From a virus (lineage: Duplodnaviria > Caudoviricetes), in the IMG/VR virus record IMGVR_UViG_3300027749_000034: a stretch of 64,000 bases of DNA; one strand, written 5' to 3'. Shown here piece by piece: positions 45,450 through 57,300 of the stretch. Position numbers and translations under genes: made by a program. Positions within the stretch are counted from its first letter, which is position 1. Each line of letters begins with the position of its first letter. The notes beneath the pieces were generated by a model that did no database searches, had not been told where the DNA came from, and worked only from the letters and a program-made list of their open reading frames with translations.

Positions 45450-45474
45450 GATGCGTTAGCAACCGTTTAACCGT

Positions 45475-46584
45475 TTAAAGTTCTTGCCAGTCTTGAGTCA
45501 ACTGACTTACAGGCATTGGTAATTCCAAAGTTACTGAGCGTTCGCTAATAGTACTTGGATGTGTCATAGTAACAGTCATTGCAACTGAACCTCGCACTTC
45601 AATACCAAGGCCGGCATTGTCTAACAACGACCTAATTTCTAATTTTTGTCCGTTAATGGTACCAAACAGTTTCAAACGGCTCGAAGCATAGCCGCCATAA
45701 CCGCCATATCCGCCATAGCCTCCATAGCCTCCATAGCCTCCATATCCGCCATATCCGCCATATCCGCCATAACCTCCACTGCCGCCGTTACAGTCCTCTC
45801 CACCATAACCTCCGTATCCACCATAACCTCCGTATCCACCATAACCTCCGTATCCACCATAACCTCCGTATCCACCATAGCCTCCACCACCACCTCCGGC
45901 AGGGCTGGTATATAGAAGTTTTTCATTAGGTGTTAATTCGCTAAATCCTAGACCTTGACTAATTCCTCGATTGTTCAAACTTGCAGTATCTTCAACATTA
46001 ATCTTAATGGTTCCCATGTCAATGAATATGGTTTTCCATGTATGGTAGCCGCAACCATAACCACCTGTGATACTGTATGCTATGCGAATATCGCCACCAG
46101 CGTTGAAAAAGTGACGAGCACTTTCATATCCGCTAAAGTCCAACTCAACAATGCTGTCTAGTTGATTGGTCCAATTGATATCTTTTGAATATGTTCCAAT
46201 ACTGTTGATTGTAGTGTATTGGGGATCTACAGCATTTCTTAAATTCCTTGCGCCATTTAACAATGACTCAGCTGAATTAAAAAAGTCAGCCGTAACCTTG
46301 TCGCCACGAGCAACAACCACTAGTTCAATGTCACTGCTGTTTGTTCTTAGGGTACTGATGTTGATGCGATCAACAATTTCATTTGTCTTATCTGCAGTAA
46401 TTTTTTCACCGCGTTGAACATTGTCAACATTATTGCCGCCCCAGCCCCAACGGATTGCATCTTGTACCGATGCGTCATCGCTTGGACCTTGATTATCATG
46501 CGTGTCACCGAATAATTCGTTTACAGAATCTGTAAGTGAGTTAAGGTAATCCGCTGTGATTTTATCTTTGCGGCTAACTGACAT
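45475..46584 (-). CDS. Virion structural (tail-associated) protein with an internal Gly-Gly-Tyr repeat insert
   Basis: N-terminal GxKITAxxxNxL repeats typical of phage tail proteins; (GGY)9-GGEDCNGGS-(GGY)10. Confidence 0.7.
   Translation of the reverse strand: MSVSRKDKITADYLNSLTDSVNELFGDTHDNQGPSDDASVQDAIRWGWGGNNVDNVQRGEKITADKTNEIVDRINISTLRTNSSDIELVVVARGDKVTADFFNSAESLLNGARNLRNAVDPQYTTINSIGTYSKDINWTNQLDSIVELDFSGYESARHFFNAGGDIRIAYSITGGYGCGYHTWKTIFIDMGTIKINVEDTASLNNRGISQGLGFSELTPNEKLLYTSPAGGGGGGYGGYGGYGGYGGYGGYGGYGGYGGYGGEDCNGGSGGYGGYGGYGGYGGYGGYGGYGGYGGYGGYASSRLKLFGTINGQKLEIRSLLDNAGLGIEVRGSVAMTVTMTHPSTISERSVTLELPMPVSQLTQDWQEL
45688..45897 (-). repeat. Coding tandem repeat (GGY)n
   Basis: Block 1 contains four exact 18-nt units GGTGGATACGGAGGTTAT; block 2 consists of 9-nt units with synonymous variation. 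Confidence 0.95.
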
Positions 46585-47618
46585 TATCTTACTCCAACTG
46601 TTGCTTCGACTTTACCAATTCCTGCACCATCAAAATTAGCTAGACTACGACCAACTATGCTCCATGCTGGAGAATCAACAGGGGCCGCTTGTGCAACACC
46701 CGGAATATCGCTGGCAGTTAATCTGTCGCCACGATTTACTTTGCCTTTGACTTTTACTGGAATACGACCAGCTACGGCAATGGCCAATGCATTTTTAGCA
46801 TTCTTCTTTTTAGTGTTCATCAAATAGGCAGGACGAGATGAAACAATACCAAACACATTGGTATCACCAATGCTGGTTGTTTGTGTAACTTCTGCTTCAC
46901 CGCCTAGGCTGACCAAAGTGCCAGCTTCATAAGTTGCATCGCCAACATAAATTTCAGCAACGTCAGCAAACTCAGCTTCAACTGCAACACCGCGAATTTT
47001 AAAGTCCTGGCTTGAATTCAAGTTTAATCCACGACCAATTGTTCCTGCATTGTTGTAGTCACCTTCACTAGAATCAGGAGTACCAATTACACCACCACAG
47101 AATGTGGTATAATCGTAACGATCAGTCTGAAGGTTAGCGGCAGCAGGAACAAAATCTGCATCCACACTTAAAATTGCAACCAGCACATTCTTAACCATAA
47201 TCTTCAAACATTTATGGGCTGGTGTATTTGGATTTACATCTTTGATGTCTACTTCAAAAATGCCGTTGCCATCGCTGAATGCTGTGATGTTTATCCAGTC
47301 TGCTGGACGATTCATGTAGTCTGGACCAACATGCAACTGCAACATTGGTGGAACAACTGCGCCTGTTGGCGGTGCAACTGCAAGTGTATCTGCAGGGTTT
47401 AAATTGTAGTATAGCTGTCCTTTGAGTGAATTCAATTCGCTTCGTGGTTTACCTGCAAAATTTTCAATATGGCGGGCAAAGTTTTCAGCAATAATTTCAC
47501 CGTAACCCAGGTAGTTTTTACCAAGTAATACTAGGTCAGTTGATGTAGTGTCGATTTCACCGTCTAGTAGCGTTACCAGTGGTGTTATTTCGTCGCTTTT
47601 AGTTACATTGTATGCCAT
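46584..47618 (-). CDS. Tail fibre/spike-like protein with a C-terminal ADxAE (Peptidase_G2-like) domain
   Basis: N-terminal LVLLGKNYLGYGEIIAENF; C-terminal FADVAEIY...GIVSSRPAYLMN...AGRIPVKV.G...GD.L. Confidence 0.65.
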   Translation of the reverse strand: MAYNVTKSDEITPLVTLLDGEIDTTSTDLVLLGKNYLGYGEIIAENFARHIENFAGKPRSELNSLKGQLYYNLNPADTLAVAPPTGAVVPPMLQLHVGPDYMNRPADWINITAFSDGNGIFEVDIKDVNPNTPAHKCLKIMVKNVLVAILSVDADFVPAAANLQTDRYDYTTFCGGVIGTPDSSEGDYNNAGTIGRGLNLNSSQDFKIRGVAVEAEFADVAEIYVGDATYEAGTLVSLGGEAEVTQTTSIGDTNVFGIVSSRPAYLMNTKKKNAKNALAIAVAGRIPVKVKGKVNRGDRLTASDIPGVAQAAPVDSPAWSIVGRSLANFDGAGIGKVEATVGVR

Positions 47619-47668
47619 TTCTTTTATCCTTTTGGCTAATTTGCCATTATGCTATTTAGTTTTATCCA

Positions 47669-48295
47669 TTAACCAGCCCTGACTCTGAGGGTGTAAACAA
47701 TTTGAATTGTTTGGTCATCGTTTTTCTGCACCGGGTGAAAGATAAAATGCGTAAGCAGGTTTCCTGAATTTAATCCAGTATTTCCTTTGGTCTTTAAACC
47801 TATTTCATTGAACTCAAACTCACCATCATATATTGTAGTTGCATCCAAGCTTGAACTTGTTGAATCAAAAGTATTGTATGTACTATCTACAGCAAATGGT
47901 TCTTTGTTTGCAATTGTGGCAGTTACAATTGTGTCAGAATAATTTGATCCAACATTGTGCTGAATAACTACTCCGTCGGATGATTCTTCCATTCTATTGA
48001 CATCGCTATCGTCAACTACTCTAAAATAAGTTGGAGTATACAAATTGGCACCTATACCAACAATATTTGGCTTTCTGTAAGTTATTGTGCCATCTGTTGC
48101 AACGATGGCGGCACCACAACCAAAGTGCATTTCGCTAATAAATGATCCGGCGCTTCTTGCCAATGCAAGCGACAGCGCCACGCTCATATTTTCCTGGTGG
48201 ATTGCATTTGAGCCTTCTACCAGAATCTTACCGGTGTTTAAGTCTTTTATCGTAATAAAAGTTTCTATGCTAATTGGTAACTCTTGTATATTCAT
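47669..48295 (-). CDS. Baseplate/tail-associated structural protein
   Basis: NAIH.ENMS.ALA, FNEIGL, LLTHFIFHPVQK, YTLRV. Confidence 0.6.
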   Translation of the reverse strand: MNIQELPISIETFITIKDLNTGKILVEGSNAIHQENMSVALSLALARSAGSFISEMHFGCGAAIVATDGTITYRKPNIVGIGANLYTPTYFRVVDDSDVNRMEESSDGVVIQHNVGSNYSDTIVTATIANKEPFAVDSTYNTFDSTSSSLDATTIYDGEFEFNEIGLKTKGNTGLNSGNLLTHFIFHPVQKNDDQTIQIVYTLRVRAG

Positions 48296-48300
48296 ATCAA

Positions 48301-48308
48301 TATTTAGT
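48301..48308 (-). promoter_or_regulatory. T4-late-type promoter
   Basis: ACTAAATA then 5 nt then ATG 48295 on the - strand. Confidence 0.55.
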
Positions 48309-48327
48309 TATTTTTTTATAACCCACT

Positions 48328-51300
48328 TTAATCTTCATCAACTAATACTTGTGTAAGAGTTGTTATTTTTATCAATAATGGACGAAGGTCCTCAGTTGAT
48401 AGTTTTTTGTATGCAATTTCTTCAACTGGTGTACCGTTTCGTCTACGATCAATCTGTCGAATATAGCCAGGCTCAGCGCCAATTATATGATTCTCTGTAA
48501 CAGTAAGTTCGATGTTTTCGTCCAAAGTAACTGGCACTTGTTGCAATGACTTATTGACTGTTCCACGATCTAACAGTTCACTGTGGAACGGTTTAACTTC
48601 AGTGATATATTTCTTAATCAGCGTATCTTTCTTGTCATAGTAAATTGGCACTTGTGTCAAGTCATTTTTACTGGTTGAATCAAAGGTCAAATAGGTAGTT
48701 TTAAATATCCAATCTGCCAATGGGTCCTGGACCAGGGCTTCTTTGGCCATTGCAAAGAACACCAGATTAAAGTAACCAACGGCGTCGCCAACAAAGATAT
48801 TTTCTCTAAGAGCTTTTAGTATTATTGCAAAAACATCAGTAAAGCCTTCATCCCATGGATAGCCAGCCCACTCCTTGACATCCCAGCCGCTGGTGCGCCA
48901 AATTGGATAGAATTGAATAGTACCATTTTTCTTGTATAACAGAGTAAACTGGTCAGTGGCCAGGTTGTCAACTCTATAAACAGATTGGACATTGTTATCT
49001 CCATCAACCAAGGCAAACTTTGTTGGATTTGTATAGTTGAGTAATTCAGTAAACGAACGAATTCTAATTTCTTCGTTGCCCGGAGAATAATCATCTACTT
49101 TGTAATCTACATAGTACCAGTATTGTGTTACATCCAGTGCTTTTGATCCAAGCAATGGTTGCCAAATTCGCAGATATTTGTCCCATTCAAATTTGTCGAC
49201 AGTATTTACTTGTGCCAATTTGTCATTGATAGTATCAACAAAAGTTCTACGAGCATCTTGTAAATTCTTGTACCAGCTTTGTGGCAAAGGACTGTATGCA
49301 TTACCATATCTTCTCAACGGATGTAAATTGATATCTGGAACTTGTCTAGACTTGACGATAACTGCATAATACTTGTTGTCTTCCAGCACATTTTTTACCA
49401 ATGCAGTTTGAAATCTTGCAAGATTATCAACTATGCTATCAAATGATGTTGCATTGCTGATACCTGCAGTCACTCGGAACACTCCAAAAGATTCAGTTCC
49501 ATCATCCTGCCAAACAAATTGCACTTGTTCTCTGTCGGCGTTGATTGTTGGTAACACTGGAATGTCATGCCCACCATACACATTGGTATATGTAAAATCT
49601 GTACCATTGAGATCTACTGTTGTGATTAGTTCTCCAACTGCATAGCTCTGTCCAACAACAAATTGTCTTACATCATGTAGCATTCTGTAATTGTCGTAAC
49701 CTACCAAACTGTCTCGCAATCTAGTAACTGGATAATCTGGAATCACACTACCTGACATTCCTTCTGTTAAAAGTATACCGGTGTTGTGTTTTTGTTCTGG
49801 TTTCTTGTTCTGTTCAATTCTTAAAATTACTTTTTCTCGGCCGCTAAAGAATTTACCAATGTTTGCAATCATGATACTGGCTGAAGTTGCGCCAGTTGCA
49901 TCATATGTTACTTGCATTGGACTCATCCACGCAATGCCATTGGCATCTGGATCATTTAAAATAAATTCCATCGACGCAGAGGTATATGGACGAGCCATAT
50001 TTGTTGGTAGCTTGCTGACACCTCGTTGCCAGTAGTAATATGTTGTAATTGTACCACCGTTTGGTTGTGTTTCTTCAATTACAGAATATCGTAATTGTTC
50101 TACACCACTGCTATCATCTAATCGCAGGCCAGGAGTATCTATTGTTGGTTCTTCTACTGCGCTGACCCATTCGTAAACTGCTACTTCACTGTCGGCAAAC
50201 TGCTTGCCCCAATTGCTTGCACGATAGCTCAATGAGCCTTGTTCATATTCGATGTATCGAACTCTACTGGTATCCCACCAAGTTTTCCCAACATTGCTTT
50301 TACTCCAGGCCATGGTAACAAATTTATTCAATGTTCCAAGCTCATCAACATTATATGTTGCTGGATCAACTGGTTGACGATAGTTGATGTATTGCGCCAT
50401 CTCATTGATACTGGCACCTTTGAACGGATCGTATACTTCTAATGTACCAAGTACATTTTCAGTTTTTTCGTCTAGTATCTGTACCTTATGTATTGCGTAT
50501 GGATCAGTCATACGGGCTTCGCTTTCAATTACCAAGTCATCGTTCGCTGTTGCGCCATACACAATTACAGTGAACTTGTTGTTGTATGGCACAGAGTCCT
50601 GACCAGTATTGTCAATGTATGCTCGCATGCCCTTTAGCCAGGCTTGAGTCGCTTTACTTTGATTGTACTCGGCTATGGTTTCAAATTTAACTGGAGCCAG
50701 TTTGAATGCCACAGTATTATAAACAATTTGATCTGAACTACTTCTTGCTGGAATTAAGATATTGTAATCGTCAACAACTTTTAGTACCTTATGAACTTTG
50801 TCATAGTTGCCGTCATTGTTTCCAACCATTACAATGTAGTCTTGTGCTCGTAATCCATGTGGGTCAGCAAAAGTGACCTTGCTTTCATTTGCTGAAGTAT
50901 CCAATGCATTTGGACAAGTTTCTTCAACATACATTGGACTAAATGTTTGTAGAATATTCCAACCATACCCAGTTGTTTTTAATTTCCAATATGACGAAAC
51001 AGACGCAGTAATTTCGGCTCCTGTACCTGCTGAGCTCGTGACTGTCAGCGTTGGAATCTGATCAAATACATCACTGGAGTTTGAAAGCAGAACGCTGTTA
51101 ATTGCGCCGCCTGCAACTGAGGCAACCGTTGCGACTGCAGGCACCAATGCAGTGGATCTGGTTGAATCGGTGATTGTGATGATTGAATTTGTAGTATAGC
51201 CAGCACCACCGTCTAATACATTGATTTTATCAATGACTCCAATTCGGTTGACCGTTGAAGTAACTGGTTCTAAAAAGCCCACAGTTACTCCTGATGAATC

Positions 51301-54300
51301 TGCATCTGTCCAATACGGATCAACAATTGTCACTGTTGATGCTGGGTTATAGGAACTGCCACCTGTGATCACTGTTACGCTGGTCAGCTTTCCATTTACA
51401 ATATTTGGAGTATATGTAAAACCAGAACCAGTGCGACTGTTGATGATAACTTTAATGTCAGAAGGCACCAAAATGTTGCTACCCTGGCCGCTTGGAAGTA
51501 TGTTAACTGCTGTTATGGCGCCGTTGACAATTGTTGCAGTTGCCCTGGATGGGTTTCGTCTTGTCACAGATATTGTTGTACCTTGTGTATATCCTTGGCC
51601 TGGTGTTGTAACTGTGAAGCCAGTGATTACACCATCCTGTGATCGTGCAAGTGATGGAACTGTCACATCTTGCACTGCTGTAACAGTTACTGATCCACCA
51701 GTACCGGTTCCTGTTTTATTGACAAGGTTATAACTTCTGGTCGCATATGATTGGCCACCCAATGCTCCAGTGGCATCGTTTGGAATTATTACTAATTCTT
51801 TAATGCTGTTTGCACTTGCTAAACTGCTTATTGGCGATTTGCTGTAATTGTACAAGTCAACATTGTCTGAGATGCTTTCTATAGCTGTTAATAGTGTGTC
51901 AACAAGTGCTACCACTGCTGTTCTTAATGTTGCTTTTTGTGCTGAAGTTAGTGCTCCGCCAAAGATTGCATTACTGGCTATTAATGTAACAGCATTGTCA
52001 ATTTCCGTATCTAAGTCTGCTTGACTTACAAGTTCAGGCACTACACTGACACCAACTTTTACATTTGCATTGGCCAGTGTGCCTCGAATATATCTATTGG
52101 TACCAATGTCGAATGAGCTACCTGTGACATTTTTTAATTCGCCGTCGGCACCAAAATCAGGACCTGCAAGATATGTATTATTGTTTCCAATATATGCAAT
52201 TACTTTACTATTTGTCTGATCAATAGTCTCAGATATAAATGGTTGTATGTCTGTGTTTGTTAAAGTTAAACCTGGCACCAACTGTTTCATTGCTGTGTAG
52301 AATGATGCGGCACCCGATAAAATCTTAGCTTTTTCAACTGCTGAGATTTTAAAATTATCTGGGTCAATTCCGTTGACCCAAGCAACCAGCGGAGTTGCCT
52401 GAGAAAACAGTACAAGATTGCCTGATGTATAATTTACAGCAAACGGTGTTGCCGTCAGCGCATTAATTTCTGTTACTCTAAATATTGCGTCAGTTGCAGA
52501 TTGTGAAGTTGTATCTTTTTGTGCAACTAGTAAATCTCCTACAGCATAACCTGTTCCAGCATTCAAATAACCAAAGGTCTTGATTACATTGTATCTTGTA
52601 AATGTACCACTTGAAATGTTATCTTCAATGATTGGAACTATCTGAGCACCAGTGCCAGTACCATTCACTGTTACAATTGTATTATCTAAGGTGTAGTTAT
52701 TGCCAAATCCAATGATACCAGTTGGCATATTAGCTGTTCCAATTCTACCAGTGATGGTTTGTTGAATTGTATCATTCTTATATGTTGCACTTAATAGTGC
52801 TGTTCCACTACCACCAGCCACTGCAATCACTGTGGTTTCTGGATTGTACCCACCTACAGTATCCGTCACATTGACAGTTTTAATTGTTCCATTGACAACT
52901 GCGCTGACATTGCCAACTGTGGTTGATCCAGATTTGACTAGGTCACCAACTTGATAATTTAAACCTTTTTGTGTTATTTTTAATTCAGCTATTCGATTAT
53001 TAACAAATGTACTGCCACTGGTGTGCGGCTTGATACAAACATTGTAAAACCCATTTACATCAACAATGTCGCCAACATTGTACAATGTCGAGGCCGTCCA
53101 ACTGCCTTTGTATTTGGTATTAATGTTAAAGCCATAGTCGCTTACCCAAACATTTGGCAACAGTCTGCCGTCAATTGTTTGCAGGTTCCACTGAGTAGAA
53201 TCAAATACACTGGTCGATGAGCCAGTTATCTTGGCCTTGGCTCTGTACAATTTTCCTTCCTGCCAGCATAGGTCGCTGGGTTGATAGTTGTTGTAGATGC
53301 TAAATCCGTTGGTTGAAAAAATATCTGCTGTAGTTAGTAAATTTGCTGGATCAACTGTGGCATTGGCCAATACTGGGTTATCAGTCTGATCAACATTGAT
53401 AAAATTGGCCATTGTTAAATTGCCCAACTCACGCATTTCAATGTCAGTGTTGAACAATTGTGGATTGCCGGCATTAGGTAACCAATTCTTGGTGTCGTCT
53501 AGACCAGTTTGAGTACTGCGATCAATGGTGGCAAATTCATATGGACGAAGTGGTTTTGTTACCCAACGCTTGTCCTTTTCCCAGATGTCAATGATGTTGT
53601 CACTTAAACTGTCGTACAGGTAAGTAGGCCGCGCTCCATTATTTGTGTTGATAACTGCACCGTATCCGCGAGGTTGAAAACGAATCACTTGCTTGCTTGC
53701 AGTAAAATCTTGGCGACGCAATTCAACTTCCCATATATTTTCACTTTCTAAGTTGCCAAAGTTGCCAGTGGTAATTAGCCACTGCTCGTTTAATTCAATG
53801 TCTTGCTGTCTGCCTGGAATATCAATCTTAGAATTTCTCAGTAGTGCATCCACTGCCAAGTTTGTACCCATGGCAGTTTGTAGGCCTTGCTTGTAAAAAT
53901 GCTGAGTACTTTTATCTTGTATCAGCTGATCAATGATTGTTGATTTGGCAGGAACAACATCTGACTTTGCAATGTCAGTTTTTACTGAATCAAATGCATT
54001 TTGCTCTGGTTTGTGGCTGTCTACAATATCACTGACTATTGCATCAAACCCAGGAATTAGTCCTGCGGGTGTAAGTATTACTCCTCGAGCAGTTGGGCGG
54101 CCAGTCCAACCATTTGTTCGTCTAGCTGATAATCCAAGTACATCAATTCTATTTCCAGTCTGCAGATCAATTATCAAATCTCCAAACTTAGTTTTACGGT
54201 TGATGTATACGATATGATCGTAGTCTCTAGTAGAGAAGTTGACAAATACAATTTGTTGTCCGCCAGTTGGTACAATCTTATCTATATTGGGTTCATACTC

Positions 54301-57300
54301 TCTTGTGATTTGTAATTCATTTGACAGCGCAGAACGCCCGGTTGAAAACAATACCTTACCAGTTCGACCCAAGTCTGCATCTAACCTGTCCAAGGTTCCT
54401 CGAGCATGACTGAATTTTAATCCGTCATCTGTTGCTACGCCAACCAAACAAAAGTGATCAGTTCCCCAGTTTTCTGCAATCCATGTTAGCGCATCAAGTC
54501 CAGCTTGTTGCCAATTTGTTATGGTACCGCGACTGTTGACTTGATTTAAGATCAGTCCCTGTGACTCTTGGTATTTTTGTAGGCCTTCAAAGAAAGTAAA
54601 CAGTCCTTGTTTGTCATTGATATAAGATCCATACTGCAACTCGTGTGAGATATTATCCCAGTCTGAGTAGCTGACAAAAGTTCCGTTTGGAGTTACTATT
54701 TGGCTACGAGATGTTGGATAGCTTTCTGTTAAACTTTGAGCTGACGGATTAAAAATTGTAAAATACTTGTGGCCAGGATCAAAACCATACACTCTAAATC
54801 CGTCGCCATCTTTTTCAACTCGTACTGCACTATATCTCAATTTAGAAGTGCTGACTCCGGGACTCAATGTCATTAAGAAATCTTCGGCAGGAATATAGAA
54901 TCCATTTTTAAATTTTGCGTAATACATCTTGAGAGAGATTACGCCATCACTAAAGCCGCCAACTCCAAATTGTAGTCGACTGTCTAATGACATCAGCTCG
55001 TTCAAAGGTGCTTGGCCAGTTAAATTAAATTCTCTATAAGCTTCAAATAATACTGAACCTATACCAATTGTTGGACGATCTTGAAAGAACTGTCCGGGTG
55101 GCAATGTATTAGTTCCTTTTTGCTTTGGACTGTTTGTATCTGTGTCATTGACAAAAGGATTGATTGCTTCATCTAAGAAGTTGTGAACAATGTCATAATC
55201 TTCTATGGCATGTAAAACATTGTCCCATGTGCCAGCAATGCTTCGACGCCAGGCCATTTCTACAGGTGACCATGATCCAATCCCCCACGGTTGCTGAGCA
55301 ACATCAGAGCTGGGCGAATACATGTCTGGATTCCAGTTTGATGGATCAATTAGCTGTCCATTCAGTCCCACTGGGAATGAACCAAACTTTCTACAGTAAA
55401 CTGGATTTACAGTGACAGGTGTTCCTGGCTCGGAAACAATACCATATATCAATGCATGTTCTAGTGCTTGTCGTTTTGCCGGTGCGTCCACACTCAGCCA
55501 AGAGTAGTAATTATCCCACCAGACTGGTGCAGAATCATATCCTAGTGCTTCCCACGGAGCTGTATCTAGTTGATAAGTGTCAAATGCATTTATATAGATT
55601 GCTCTCCAGCTTAGACCATTGTAGTTCCATGTCCATGCATCTTCTGCATCAAAGTCTGATCGCTCCTGATAATCAATGTTGTTTGTGGTGTACCATTCAA
55701 TTTGTGCTTTGGCCTGTGCTTCTAAAATTGGCAAGCTACGATATGCCCTGTACTGTCGCTGTTGATTTACTGCGCCCACCAGGTGTATGCAGTTGTTGTA
55801 TGTTCTAGTTTCTAACTCTAAGATTACTAAATTACGAAGGTCGTCTTCATCTGTGCCGTACATGGCAATTCTACTGCCGTCGTGACGCTGAATATACTTG
55901 CGTGTATTTTGTCCCCATGTTTCTGTGACAAATCCAGGCTGGTATACACCACTTAGCCCAAGCTTGGCTGGACTGGCTGGAATTCCACTGTATACACCGG
56001 ACTGACTTGAATGATAAATTTCAATTTGAGTTCCATCTGCTGGTGCGGTTTTAAATGTAACCAAAGAAGAATTGGCGTCTACCACATAATCATTCTTAGA
56101 TACCAGTTCGCCGTCAGCGTAAACATACACAATATCTGGACCAAAAAAGTCCAAGTATACAACTCCGTTACCGCCAGTGTTGATATTAAATGTCAATGTA
56201 CCATTGTTAACAACAAAACTGGCTTTATTCATACCATTGGTTGAAACAGCCATGCCAGAAATTGCATCTGGTGAACTATAGGTAAGACCCAGCAATGATT
56301 CTTCTAATATGCGGTCAAGATTTTCTCGTGGAGTGCGTAAATTAAAGTCTAACAAATTAAAATTAGATTCCAATTTGGAAATAAATTTCCTCCACCAGCG
56401 CCAGCCACTTAGTGATCTTGCAATTACGCTGTCTTGTATAGTAGGCGACAAGCGGAAGCTGGTCCATGCACTTCGCATGCTACTGTTATCTGCCATTATT
56501 GCACCGTCAGCGTCAAATACATAGTCTACTGAATTCCAACTTTGACTGTCTGATCGTTTGTTGGCATTAATGCTGGATGTCATGTTATGCACCACCCGGC
56601 TTGGAGTAAATTCTCCTAGGTTAATATTTTGTTCAGGATTGAATACCAGTCCTGGAATTGCAGTGATATGGTCATTGTCAGCATGGTCGCCTTGATGTTG
56701 AATTTCAAGTTCGCCTTGTCCGTCAGCTTGTAACTGTACCGACATGATGGCATTTGATGAATCTCGCACCACTGTAAAACTGTAGTCCACTGGCAAGCCA
56801 TTTAATTTTACTTTTACATTTCTAGGATCTTGTTTTACATCAATGACTTTTGCTTGTATTGATTTACCGTCAATGGTGATGGTTAACTTTGATGGTGCAT
56901 CAGCTGGAACTACAAATGTAAAATAATTATCAACAATATTAACATCAAAGCTGGTCATATCAACGCCGCTGATTGTTGCCACGCTTGGATTACCATCTAC
57001 AAAGACTGTGAAGTTGGCAGATTCGCCGACGGCAATCCTTGGCAAGTTTTTGGCAACAATACTAAAGTTGTCTAGATAAACTGCTCGTAAATTGTTGTTT
57101 ACAACTTTGATACCCCAGTCATATTTTGGCCACATTGTGGCATCCAATTCAACAGTTGAATTGTCAAAGTCAGTGATTGTTCTAATTGCCCAACTCTTTA
57201 AACGGAACCATGCTCTGCTGTAACCAATGCTGAGTTGATTGACCAACGGATTGTTATCAGTGACCCGTCTAAATTGATATGGTCCACTGACTGTTTTAGA

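Noticed and set aside
45688-45897. Tandem repeats as a possible CRISPR array
   Set aside because: 9/18-nt units with no unique spacers, in frame within a gene
45646-45915. + strand ORF with SAI/STI repeats, and the - strand alternative frame 45672..45926 with MAD/MEA repeats
   Set aside because: Shadows of the GGY repeat; third-position variation preserves GGY, not these frames
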